From the NCBI RefSeq assembly GCF_016432865.1, contig NC_067399.1, positions 589,186,001 through 589,250,000 of the forward strand: 64,000 nt of DNA, given 5' to 3'. Below, piece after piece: positions 49,732 to 62,520 of this stretch; position 1 is the first letter of the stretch; every line of letters begins with the position of its first letter. Both the position numbers and the translations under genes were made by a program. This DNA comes from Antechinus flavipes (Eukaryota). Below the pieces are notes generated by a model. It was not told the DNA's origin and did not search any database. It saw only the letters and a program-made list of their open reading frames with translations.

Positions 49732-50807
49732 TTTTTTTTTTTTCCCCAACTGTATGGCAGCAAATCTGACAATTTATTTATTTATTTATTTATTTGTGGT
49801 TGCTTAATAGTTTTTTTAAAATAACTTTTTATTGACAGAACCCATGCCAGGGTAATTTTTTACAGCATTATCCCTTGCACTCACTTCTGTTCCGATTTTT
49901 CCCTTCTCTCCCTCCACCCCTTCCCCCAGATGGCAAGCAGTCCTTTACATGTTGAATAGGTTACAGTATATCCTAGATACAATATATGTGTGCAGAACTG
50001 AACAGTTTTCTTGTTGCACAGGGAGAATTGGATTCAGAAGGTATAAATAATCCGGGAAGAAAAACAAAAATGCAAGCAGTTTATATTCATTTCCCAGTGT
50101 TCTTTCTTTGGGTGTAGCTGCTTCTGTCCGTCCTTGATCAATTGAAACTGAATTATCTCTCTTTATCAAAGAGATCCACTTCCATCAGAATACATCCTCA
50201 AACAGTATTGTTGTTGAGGTATATAATGATCTCCTGGTTCTGATCATTTCACTTAGCATCAGTTCATGTAAGTCTCGCCAGTCCTCTCTGTATTCATCCT
50301 GCTGGTCATTCCTTACAGAACAATAATATTCAATAACGTTCATATACCACAATTTACTCAACCATTCTCCAATTGATGGGCATCCATTCATTTTCCAGCT
50401 TCCAGCCACTACAAACAGGGCTGCCTGTTTGGCACAAAAAGGTCCCTTTCCTTTCTTTAGTATCTCTTTGGGGTATAAGCCCAGTAGAAACACTGCTGGA
50501 TCAAAGGGTATGCACAGTTTGATAACTTTTTGAGCATAGTTCCAAATTGCTCTCCAGAATGGCTGGATATGTTCACAATTCCACCAACAATGTATCAGTG
50601 TCCCTGTTTTCCCACATCCCCTCCAACATTCTGCATTATCTTTCCCTGTCACTCTAGCCAATCTGACAGGTGTGTAGTGGTATCTCAGAGTTGTCTTAGT
50701 TTGCATTTCTCTGATTAATAATGATTTGGAGCATATTTTCATATGTCAATTTCTTCATCTGAGAATTGTCTGTTCATATCCTTTGACCACTTATCAATTG
50801 GAGAATG
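49732..50807 (-). mobile_element. 5'-truncated L1 (~1 kb) with 14-bp TSD and ~67 bp of extra 3' sequence
   Basis: TSD GTGGTGCAGTTCTT at 49718-49731 and 50808-50821. Poly-T to 49743. The L1 3' terminus (ttttaaaataactttttattgacag) starts only at ~49811. ORF2 C-terminal remnant in ORF 50185..50742. Confidence 0.9.
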
Positions 50808-53800
50808 GTGGTGCAGTTCTTGAAGGATGATGTGGTTGCAGAATATAGTCTCCCCACTCCCAAAACAGTAGTACTGGAAAGGCCATGGAACAGACTGGTG
50901 TGCCCACCGGGAGGAGAAACAGCAGAAGTTGGAGCAGTGGCAGTGGTTTGAACAGCAGCAATTGAATCCCAGGCAAAAGTAGATGGTGCCGGAAGACCCA
51001 GGACTACTGAACCTCCAAGTCTGGGCAGTAAGCAGAGACCTGGGAAGTAGAAGGCACAGGATCATAGCTTCTACCTCCACATTTAGCCTCATCACCAAGA
51101 AAACTTGGACAGAGGAGTGTGGGATTAAAGTATAAAAGTCATAGTCCCTCTAAGAAAATGAATTGGGTCAAGAAGGGAGGAGTCTGGCTGGACTGGCTGA
51201 CTTGCTTGTTTCTTCACAGCTGGAGGGTCACTTGCCCCTTTGGGAAATTTGGTAGGGAGGGTTAGTTAGGCTGTGGACTAAAGATGTACTCCTTATGGGA
51301 AAAATTTATTTGATACTCATTATTTTTTGCCACTTGTTGTGCCTTCTGGAACCATTAATGATGAATGCCAAGGTACCATTCTTCTAGAATGAAGCCTGTT
51401 GCATCTTTGGAATCTCAGGATTCCAAGGATATGTTGAGGGTTTGGAGGTCTCTTCTCTAATGTAATGTCTTAAGCACCTTCTAGTTGTTTTCACTATCAT
51501 TAGATGCTACAGAGTAGAACTCTAGTTCTTTTAAACCACTTAACATTTATTTTTTACAAAGAGATATTTTGAAGATATACCAAGAATAAGATACAATTAT
51601 TCATTCTTACCCCCATCCAACGCTTTGGGTACACACTCTCCCCTATCCCATTTCAGTCTCTGGAGAGGCTTAAATTTAGTTCAGTTCCTACTTGGAATTG
51701 ACTTTACCATGTTCCCATTCAGACTCAGCATGAGTTCTCAGTTCAGGGATTGTTGGGTGTGGATTATTTCCAAATGTGACTTCTTGCTCCCCTGGGCATT
51801 GATGCTGAACTGGCTGCAAACAAAGATGAGCACAGAAATTCTCTCTCTTGACATTTTGAGACCCCCAAAATTGGATGCTCCTGTTTCTTCACTAAGAATG
51901 GAAATGAACGGCTAAGGACTGAGATCTATTTCATAGGGCATCTGTGTCAGAAAGAAGAGAATAGTTAAAATATTGACTCTAACTGAAGGCTTGTCAGTAA
52001 AGGAATTAAAATAAACTACCATGGCAAAGCAAGGGAATTAGGTGAAGAATTAGCCTGGTCTGACATGTCCCAGACCTTTTTGAAGATGCTTTCTGAGCTG
52101 CCTCTCTAACTGAAAAAGGTAGCTGCATAGTTAGCAGATGGAACCAGTTAATATAACGTCTGTCTACACATATCCAAGTCTCTCCAAAATACTTCCATTA
52201 CATGTCATTACAACCCTTCCAGTTCCAAATCTGTGAGCTTATGTTTCCATTTTTTTCTGTTCCTTATGTTTCTGTCTTTTACATCCAGACTTCTGTCTCC
52301 TTCTTTTCAAAGGATATAACTTATTGTCCTTTTCTCTATCTGTGACCCAAGTGGGCTATGCAGATTTTAAAAATTACTTTTCTTCCCCAACCAGGAAAAC
52401 CTCTAGTAAGGTGGGCCCTATGAATTTTCTCCTTTGTGGAGTCTTTAGAGATTGATCATCTTTTTTGAGATCTCATTTAGAGGGAGGCTACCACAAATTT
52501 GCTATTCCCCAGGCCCCTGGAAAATTGCCCATTATTGGTCCAATTCCATTCTTTTCTAGAAGAATGAAGCTAGACAATATCAAAACAATAGCAGCTGGAT
52601 ATATTTCTCTCATATCCCTCTTTCTCCAAGCATCTGTTCAAGATGTCCTGGACTTCTTCAGAATAGAGAAAAAACATTTGGGGTTAGTTTAGTACTTTTC
52701 ACATTTTGAAATCATCTCTGAACACTTTATTCCCATATCCTGAATAGATCTTCTGGCTTATGGGATATTTTTCCAGTTCTTCCTCATCTTCATTAATCAT
52801 CACTGGCTTGAGATGGGGATTGTAGCAGCAAGATACTGAAGTCATTTTCACATGATCCTTTTCCATCCTCACCTATGGACTCCATGATATCATGGCATAG
52901 GCTTTTCCCTCAGGGTATAAATGCTCATGTGCCATTCAGTGGTTTTCAAAACTGGCTCCTCTGTTCTACTGAATGGATTAGCTTCAGAGCCCAGTGGAAA
53001 AAATGAGAGATCTACCTATAAATGGACAACCTCATACCATTCTGTAGCAGCAGTCCTCCCATTGTCAGAATTGTAGTTTTTAAAAGGAAAAGAGATATCT
53101 TAATTGAGGTCAACCTCAATTAATGGGATGTGAGTACCTTGAAACTGGATTGGGATGAAGGGTGAAGAGTGGACACAAAATAGGACTCAGGGAAATCCCT
53201 TGGCATTAGAGATTTCACAGAGAGAAAGAATCCAATTTCTGGAGTGACTCCTTCCCTACTCCCAGATTGTCTCTGAGCAATGTCACTCTTTAAGGAAAAT
53301 GATCTTATTTGGGATACCCATCAGAAAAGAGGAATTATGTATCCTTTCTTCTCTGGTTTTCTCCAAGAGAAATGATTTCAGAAAGTCTTATGAACCATCA
53401 TTCTCTCCAACTCAGACATCTTAAGAGAGAAAAAGAATAGACACACTAAATAAAAAAATCTCCAATCACTACTTATCAAACTTCCAAGATCTAACTTAAC
53501 AGTCACCATTTCCCTTATTCCCCCAGCTAGAAGATCTCTTTCTCTCCTTGTCTGTCTCACAGGAAGTCATATCTTTCCTCAAGAGAACTTAATACACATC
53601 CTACTTTGGACTAGCCTATTCCATCCCAGAGACCTGGACTATGTTGCAGATATATCAGTAATTCCTGTTATGCCAAACATGGGATCATCTTGCATATATT
53701 AAGTGATGGTTGACTGATTGATATTACTGGTGTTAGAAAATGATCATGTTGTTGTGGCCTCAATCTCAGATAGCTTTAACTATTGTAGCCTCAACTTTGT

Positions 53801-56800
53801 GATTTGTAAAATGAGCGGATTGAACTAGATGACATCTATGTTCCCTTTATCCAGGTCTGGATCGCTGATCATTCTAACTTTTATCATTAGAAATTACATT
53901 TCAAGGGTCATAGTCAAACCAATGCCATCTTTGAATCCAAAAAATAAAAGTTTAAAAGCCTCATGATATAGTGGAAAAAAAAATTCAACCTTGAAATCAG
54001 GAAAAAACTGAGTATCCCTCTTCTGACAGATATTGACTGAATAATTTGAATCAGCTTACTTAATCTTTTATTGCCCCACCAACCAATTCTTGGTTGAAAA
54101 ATAGTTTCAGCTTTTAATTTCTGAAAGGAATTCTCTCTCCAGGAATTCTTACCTGATCATCACAAGTCAAAAAATATATAATATGGGTTTACTATTGTAG
54201 ACAGAAATTTAATTTGTCTGTTAATGAGGAGATATGGAAATCCAAGTGATCTCTGGAACCCTAAACATTGATTGCATTTAATAAAACTTCTATTTCCATT
54301 CCCCTGGAGAAAAGATTTTCAACTTGCATTTTGAAACAATAGATGATAAATACATAAGTAGACAGGTAGATGGATAGATATAAAGATCAACTATGAATTT
54401 TTGTTTTATGCATTTAAAAATATTATTTTGAGAATAGGGCCACAGGCTACGACTGCCAAAGGAATCTGTGACATACAAAACAGGTTAAGAAGCCCTGCCT
54501 TAGTAGTTGATGTAGTGTCTTCTGGCCATTACTCATTTATCTCTTGATGTGTGCAATTACAGAAGACATCCAAGTGCCTTGAAGATTTCAGTGCACAATT
54601 AGCCTTGTCTCTTGGGGTTTCTGAGACTGCAGCTAAAGAAAGAGTAAAAAGGCTAGGACTAAACTCAGAGAAAGGAAGTTTCTGAAAGGGCTGCAGTAGA
54701 TGAAGTTGATGACCAATGCAGAACCTCTTTATCATTTGGGAAGGAAGCAAAAAAAAAAAAAAAAGCAAATTGCAGTTTAGAAATCACTATAGTTTCTAGA
54801 ATCTCAGGGCTTCTTAAACTTTTCTAATGTAAGGTTGATTGTGGTGGTACAAACTATCTATTCCTCTTGTGAACTGAAGACCCCTACCACTAGTAACAAT
54901 AAAAACAAAAACTCACCCAAAGTGGTTGGTTATTGATGGAAATGGAGAAGGCAGGATCTAATTTCTGTCAGCTATTCTAAGTGTAGGGGAGTCGATCAAG
55001 GAAGTCCCCAGAAGTCAAGAACAAGTATTTTCAGCCTTAGCTGAAAACAAAGGCTAAACCTAGATATGACTAGCTCCTAGGCCACTTAGACCTTGCTTCA
55101 AACAAATACATATGCAAATCTAAATGCTCAGAGAGAATCTGGGAGTAGGGGAGGAGTCCAGAAACTTCCCTAAGTTTCTCTTCCTTTCTCCCTGACCCTT
55201 GAATAAGTATGGCTGGGAAATCCCTTCCCAGATTTTTAGGAGGAGGGGAGGGTCTGGAAGAGAGGCAAGTGAGGAGATTCCCTTTGCTGTGGTGGCAAGA
55301 TGTGTTGTTGTCTTAAGGGATGATTTCTCAATCATATAGTCCTTGACCTTTAGACCTTTGTTTCCTAAGTAATATTTTACAACAAATGGTTGTATTGAGA
55401 AATTGTCTTTACATGTATCCAACCACTTTGGATGAGTTTTTATTGTTAGTTGTAGGGGAAGAAGAGGTTGGAAAAATGAAGCAGTTCCCATGGTACAGGC
55501 TGAAAATTTTTTGGAAAATCATGAGATTATTGCCAGAAGTCTCAAAATTCATAGCTCTACTAAGCTTTACAATTTTAATCTTCATTTAGCTCCAATAAAA
55601 TGTGCAGAATCGATAATAGGTTAGGTGAATTTTGTTGCTTCCAGCTCCTGAAAGCTGCAAGATGGCCCTAGCCTCTATCTCATTAAATGACTCAACCAAC
55701 TCACCTTTTGTAGACTGAATAAATATGTCTTGTACATGTATGTATTACTACTATTTTTCAAATATATGTAATGTAAAATTCATATTCATTTGAAAATATG
55801 ATTGAATTCATAGTAGTTTTTGATTGTCATCTATTAATCAACAAATGTGCTATTATTACATGGGAGTCCACATTTAAAAAAATATTAAAAAGTCCTTATA
55901 CTCAAAAAGTTGGGAACTCTGATTTAGTGGAAAGTATATAAAATTTTGGATTTATTTTGGATCAGTCACCAGAGAGGTATCTTTCTTTAAGGGATAGAAT
56001 ATCATTGTTGGAGTAATGATGGTCTAAATTCAAATCTTGCTTCAGTTATTTTCTAGGTATGACCCTGGACAAGTCCCTTTAGTTCTCTGTGCCTCAATTT
56101 CCTCATCTGTAAAATGAGTGATAGGCTACTTGCATCACTTCAGACACTTATTTAGCTTCTCTAAGCCTTAAATTTTCTCCTTTGTCCTAGGGAGATAATA
56201 ATGTCTTTCATACTTCTTTCCTTTAGGAAATTGTGGTGAAGCTTAAATAAAATCATGTTCAGTAACTCCTCTGGACATTTTTTCAAACTTGTCAATCAGA
56301 TTTTTATAATGGACATTTGTGGATGTACAAAGGAATTCTGTAGGTCTATATTATAAAACTATTGCTCAGCAGCCACCAGCTTTGATCTTACTTTGAATAA
56401 CCTTCCAATAGAGTCAATAACAAAGAGATTTACTAAGATGGCACAGTAAGGACAGCAGTTACACAAAATTCCTTTTATAAAGGTGGGATGTACTCTCCTA
56501 CAAATATACATAGCATTAGTGGGAAGAGTGGATACAAACTTCAAGTGAGACCCATACATAGAAAATACATGTAGCTCAGGTAACCCAAGGATCTCTTGCA
56601 CTAGAGTTCCCGTGTACTTTCTATTCTCATACTATATTCATAATGTTTTTCCTAACTATCTCAGATGTCTGGCTGGTATTCTCTGTAATCCACAGTTGGG
56701 TCTCTTCTCAATGGCCAGAAGTTATGTTGCTTAAATTGCTTCCTGCCCTTGACAATATGTGCTTTTGTGTCTCCCAACTATATTTCTTGCTTGATATAGT

Positions 56801-58596
56801 ATCTTCTACTGAGAAAGTAAGTCCCCTTATAAGATGTTCTATAAAGCTGGGGAGTTGGAGTTGAGGAAAATGGGGAAGAAAATTTCCCTTCCCATTTTTT
56901 TCTGCCTTCTGCTAGAAACAGAGGAGGTTACAGCCCCCCAAATTTCCTTGCCTCAATTATTCTTTCAGGCAGGTAGGCTTGGTTTTGAATAAAAAAAACA
57001 ACTTGAGGGGCAGATCTTCAATCACTCTGTGTAAAATCTTTCACTCATGCAGAATCATTCTGAAGTAACTATGTTTTAATCATGCTTAATTTTGGCTACA
57101 TTCGGAACATGCATTAATTATATACACACTAATAATATTTTCTAAGCCTATTCCCTCTTCCTTTGGAGTCTGAAGCTCTAAAGAGTGGGACACACAATGC
57201 TTTTTCAAGGGTGGAGCTTTTATTTGTTACACTCAAATAATTTCATGCTGTATATTTGTTCTAAACTTTCCATTTGGTAAATGTTATAACTTCAGAGTAT
57301 ATTGTTTGGCAGAGCTTTCTTGCCTAAAAAGTTTTTATGATGCCATACATTTTCATCCTTTCCTCATTTTTATCTTTGCAATCTCCAACCTGGCCAGAGT
57401 AGTGAAAGCAGAGAGAAAGAAAGAATTTCAAAAGTTTTTTCCTTTTTATCTCTCCCTGAAAGTCTAATCAAAATACAATGAGAGTAAAACCCTGCTTAAT
57501 ATTAGCATAGCTGGGAGAGGTTTTGAGGCTTCATTAGTTTCACCCCTCCCCTCCTTTTTAAAGGTGCTGTCTCACTTAATTTTTTTAAAACATAAAAAAT
57601 TAGAGTTCAGATTTTTTTTGGAATATAAATTTGGTTACATTTTTAAAGCTACAATTCTTGTCACGTTCTGTAGTTAATTTTATTGTGCTTAGTAAAAATG
57701 GTCATTACCGTTTTACACTCAGCTGTATGAAAAATGTTTTCTTTGGGAAGGCACCAGCTTCAGATAGGGAATAGACCAATATGTTGCACTGGAATAGAAA
57801 GCTGTCATTGCCAAATTCTATGCTTCAGCAAGGGCTTGCTTATATGTGATCTGTCTCTTTGGAAACAAGGAAAACTTGCCCTTTACCTCTCCAAAATCTT
57901 GAGGATTAAAGAAACCATCCATAAATCACTTCTATATAATGCTATACCAGACTCAAAACTTGTAGGCTTATAATTTTATTCTTAACTGAAGAATAATTTC
58001 ATTTCTAACAAAATGGACATGATTCAGTTCTAGCATTCCCCTGAACATCATGGTACTGAAATCGAGTAATTTTTACAAGCTATTAACATGGATGTTTTCT
58101 GAGCTGTTGCAACAAGTCATGAGCAGGCCAACTGATCACTTAACAGAAAAAGTTAAGTAAAATTATTTAACTAGTACTTTAAAATTATATCACTTTTTAT
58201 TTGAATGAAGGCCACAAGACTATAGGATATTTTGATCTTATATAAAAACTAGATAAGAAAGTGAGATTTAGAATAAATCCATTAATTAATAAAGTATAAT
58301 TCAAATGACTAATAATGAACCTTTAAAATGGAGATTTATAAATTGTATATCATCCTTTGGAGGGAGTACATTTTTGAGTCCTTAGCAACTGCCAAATGGT
58401 AATTTTTTTCAATGTAGAGATGTTAGAAAAGCCCCTTAAAAACTTCAGTTTTCTATTCCCTTTAACCCTCCTCCCAATTATACATCCTCATACTTTCTTT
58501 TTCTTAAAAGGGGCCTTCTGAAACTTGGGCCTTTAGGCTAAATATTTCCAATCTGGCTCTGAAACTTAGAGAATGCTGACAGTGTTCAGTCTCATT

Positions 58597-59869
58597 TGAA
58601 AAATCAGGGACCCCAGGCAGAGGATAAGCAGTTGCAAAGCTCTCTGCTTTGACTATAATATCCTTAATACCCTGATACTTTTCATCCCCGAGAATTTCTC
58701 CTCAAATTATCTCATGGTGACCTGAGGACCAAAATCTTTTTGAATCTGAAATCAGTTCTATTCCTTCATAAATAAAATGGTCTACTTTTTGGAAATCTTC
58801 AGGAAATCAGAGCTGGGATCCCCAGTTTCAGTCCAGTAAGTCTTAATGCACTTTTATCTCCTAGGCAGATATTCTTGTTACAAGAATTCTTCCATCTGTG
58901 CCTTTGTTGCAAAGTTCCTAGCTCCATTATGGCTGCTGACAGGGTCTTACAGTTGGCAACCACTTGTTGTTGATAAGCCTTAAATTTGGGTATCAGGACT
59001 TGCTTCAGAATTTTGATGGCATGGTTGTGAGGTCCTTCCTGTAGTCTTGGGAAAAGAGCTGAATTATTAAGTGACTCCAGATTGTATGTACATCATTTTT
59101 TTTGCCTAAATTAGATGTCTTAGAGTCCTCACTATGTCTTTCTTGTAGAAGATCATGCTAGCCCAGCAAATTCGAACTTTGTATGTGGAAGTAGTTATCA
59201 CACGGCAGTGTTCAAAGGAGGAAAGTACCATTGAAGCAGGCCATAAGATATGCTCCATTATCATCTGCAGTCTTCTGCATGTAGGCATAATCTATGTTCC
59301 TGGAATAGCACCTGTTTCCTACAATGATCAATTTTAATGAGGGAAGCAGGCCTTTTCTTCTACCAACTTTCTTAAGTCTAAAGTGAAAGCAATCCCTTCA
59401 TTCAATAAAATTCAATATTTACTTTATAAGGAGTAGACTAAAAAAGATGGAAGTATAAGACCATGGGTAAGATGATCCCCATCAGCCATATCTAGATTCA
59501 TAATCATCCCAAGTTGCAGGGCTGCAAAATTTACAGGAGAATCTGAGCATGGCTGAACATTGATTCCCCAGCTTTGTGGGTCCAGGCCATAGACTTGCAT
59601 AGCCCTCTTCTGACTCAGAATCTTCAATTTATGCATACTGGGTACCAACATAATACCTCTAGAATGGGAAATCCTCCTGGATTCTGTAACGGCTTGGTTT
59701 GCAAAATTCTGTGAAGCAATCAGATCCAATCCAATCTTCTGGTGATTATTTTTCTTCTTAATGATTGTATATACTTTTATATCATTGTCTTTCAGTGATA
59801 GTTTCAGCATTTTTTGTTTGTTTCCCAATTGTTAACATTATGGTTCTTTCCATTGACTCTTGATGTCAT
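58597..59869 (-). pseudogene. SHMT1: Processed pseudogene of cytosolic serine hydroxymethyltransferase
   Basis: Minus-strand translation, with frameshifts and stops: MTSRVNG...KMLKLSLKDNDIKVYTIIKK..HQKIGLDLIASQNFA; QKRAMQVYGLDPQSWGINVQP.S.SP.NFA; DGDHLTHG; KLII.G..CYSRN; [15 protein letters not shown]; [10 protein letters not shown]; FATAYPLPGVPDF. This is collinear with SHMT1 from start to end with no introns. The N-terminus is SHMT1-type, with no mitochondrial presequence. Confidence 0.93.
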
Positions 59870-62520
59870 ACTTCTGGTCTAAAGATTCTTGGGCAGGCAA
59901 GTAACAGCAGGACACCCAACTGCAACTTTTTTTAATCCGAAGTGACAGCAGCCCCTTCATTCACTGAAATTTTTATGAGTGATAACATGTTCCCCTCCAA
60001 AGTATTCTAAGGTAAAAAGAACTTGTGCTTTCTAGAGAACTTCTGAAGTGGAACCTCAGTCAAGACCACCTCACTGCCTGCATTATCCCTTGGGGTCTGC
60101 AAAAATCTTTATTTCTTTTTTGAAGTTTCCCTATAAAATGGTTTATTAAGAATGCTTTGGTCTCTTAAAATTTTTCTCCTAGACTCTAGTTTTTCAAATC
60201 AAATTTTGAGCATGTACAGTTGACAACCAAGATCTTGTATTTATCTGACCAAATTTGTTTCCAAAAAATTTAAACCAAGGTTACTGAGTCCGGTCCATGC
60301 TGAAAATTTCCCAGCTGAACTGGCAGTCTTTTCCTTTTCCCAAGCTTTTAGCAGCTTGCCCGAATGGGAGTTGGCAGAAGGCTTACTCTGTGCCAATCCC
60401 ATATTGGTATTTGTATCTCCTTGACCTTTTTGATCCTGGGCAAGTTAATGTTGAATAAGGACTCATACTTTCCCTGCCTCTTCTTTCATGCAGCTTCTGT
60501 TTCTTTGAACACAAATAAGAATTTGAAAAATAGCAAATTTTAGTTTGGGACCTCTTTTCTCCTTTAACTTTCTTAAGTTTGGGGAATTCAGTACTCTGAT
60601 CTTCATGGCTTCTTAATCCCTGAATGAGACCACTCCACCCTGATTGGACAAAGATCCAAGAACTACATGTGAAATTAAGATAGACTCTATCTTAGTGATA
60701 GTTTCTCAGTGATAGTCATGCAGGTAAAGGGCTTCCAACTCCTGAATGGCTCACCAAATTGCTAAAAAAAAAATCCTTCTCTTCTCTGATTTAATGAGGC
60801 AAAATCTGAAAGTTAAAATAATTTTATTTAGCATCCAAAGCAGAAAAGTATTGGGTGGATTACCTGGTTTGAATCCCTCCTCTCCTTTTTATAAATAGAA
60901 GTAAACTACTCCCATTTCAATAAGGAGATGGGTTTAATGTGAAAGAAATAGTGTTAGTTCTTATGAAAAGATGGAGATAGTAAACACGTGACATATACTC
61001 ATTATAAGAAGGTGGGATTGGGGTAAAAGAAATAAATCGTCATGTATGTTCTCTCCTGAAGGATTGCACTCTCCTACAGGCTGGCTGTGTAGCCAACATC
61101 AAGCAAGATTAAAATATGAGATCACTTTGGAATGACTTTGTATTCAGTTGATTTTACACAAGGGGCAGAAAGAACATCATGTCACAGTTCCCAAGAAGAA
61201 GGAGATCATCAAGAACTAGATTTTAGGGAGCAACTTTATGATCAAGATTAGATTTAAGCTGAATCTTGATGATGATAGATAAGATTTAAGTGTAAGTGTA
61301 CATCTTTCCAATTGGCAAATTTGCTGAATGTAAAAGGTAAATATTTTATCCAGATGGTCTTTGCACTTTGTAAATGGTGACCCCTTTTAGATTTGAATAG
61401 ATCGTTTTGTACCTACTACAGTTTATTAAAAAGCTTGCTCTTTTGCACACAAAATATCCAAGAACATAGCTGAATTGTTAGTAGAACTTACTCCAAGGGA
61501 TTAGATTGCTTCTAGACCTTTTTTTCATCCACTTATTTGAATGGAACAACAACATAAGCCTTAGAAGTCAGAAAACTGGGAGAAGCTAGTAATGGCTACT
61601 GAGCAAATGGTCATTATCTGGTTAGGATTTTTCTTGAAGAAATGAACATTTGGTAAATGTACTGGATAATCTTCATGTCAGTCAGTCAATGTGCATTTGA
61701 TAAGTGCCTGCTTTTGTGCCAGGTACCTGGCTAAGCTCTGGAAATATTAAAAAGGCAAAAAAAAAAGTAAAACTAAAGCAAAAACCAGTCCCTATGCACA
61801 GAGAATTCAGTCTCATACAGCCCTATAAAAGATTCAAAAGGAAAGGCTGATGACCCTCAAGGGTGTTAGCTTATACAGTAGAATCTGTTTTTGTACTTCT
61901 TGCTTGAGAGATAGCAGGCCTCAGGGACAAGACCAAAAAGGTATAGAAATGGGAAGCTTCTGTTAATTCTATTATGAATCCCTTCTCTTTTTGAAAGAGA
62001 AGAGAGCAGATTTGCCTGAAATTGGAGGTGGTAGAGATTATAGTTGCCCAGTCAAAAGAAGCTGATGCCCAGCAGATTAGGTAAGTGGTGCAACCTGTGT
62101 GTCCACTGGGGAACAAAGTGAGCATATCACAGTTTGAATGATCTGAGTCCTCCAATAAGTAATACAAGTGTGAGTTGCTTTGACCACTTGTATTAGTGTG
62201 CTATGTACTTCACCACCTATGTACTTTATGTACTCACTCTTCCCATCAATGTTGTATATTTGTGGAAGAGTATGCCCAAGGTTTATGGTGGAAGAAGGGG
62301 AAATGTTTGGTTTTTACTATCCTATCTTTGGAAATGCCTTTGTATTGAGCTAATTGTGTCTATTGGTTGGCTATTAAAGGCAAGTCCACAAGTAGGGACT
62401 TATTAACTATACTTTTAGGAAAGTGGATCCATAGGAAACTCTAGAATTTGGTAACAGTGTTCATCTTCTCAGAGTACACCAGTGGAGTGCAATATAAGTT
62501 GGCAGAAAGAATCAGGGAGA

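Noticed and set aside
52465-52692. PGKLPIIGP resembling the cytochrome P450 proline-rich hinge
   Set aside because: No preceding membrane anchor and no further P450 motifs; a chance match.
60985-60992. Isolated CACGTGAC (USF/MiT) motif
   Set aside because: Single motif without a supporting cluster.
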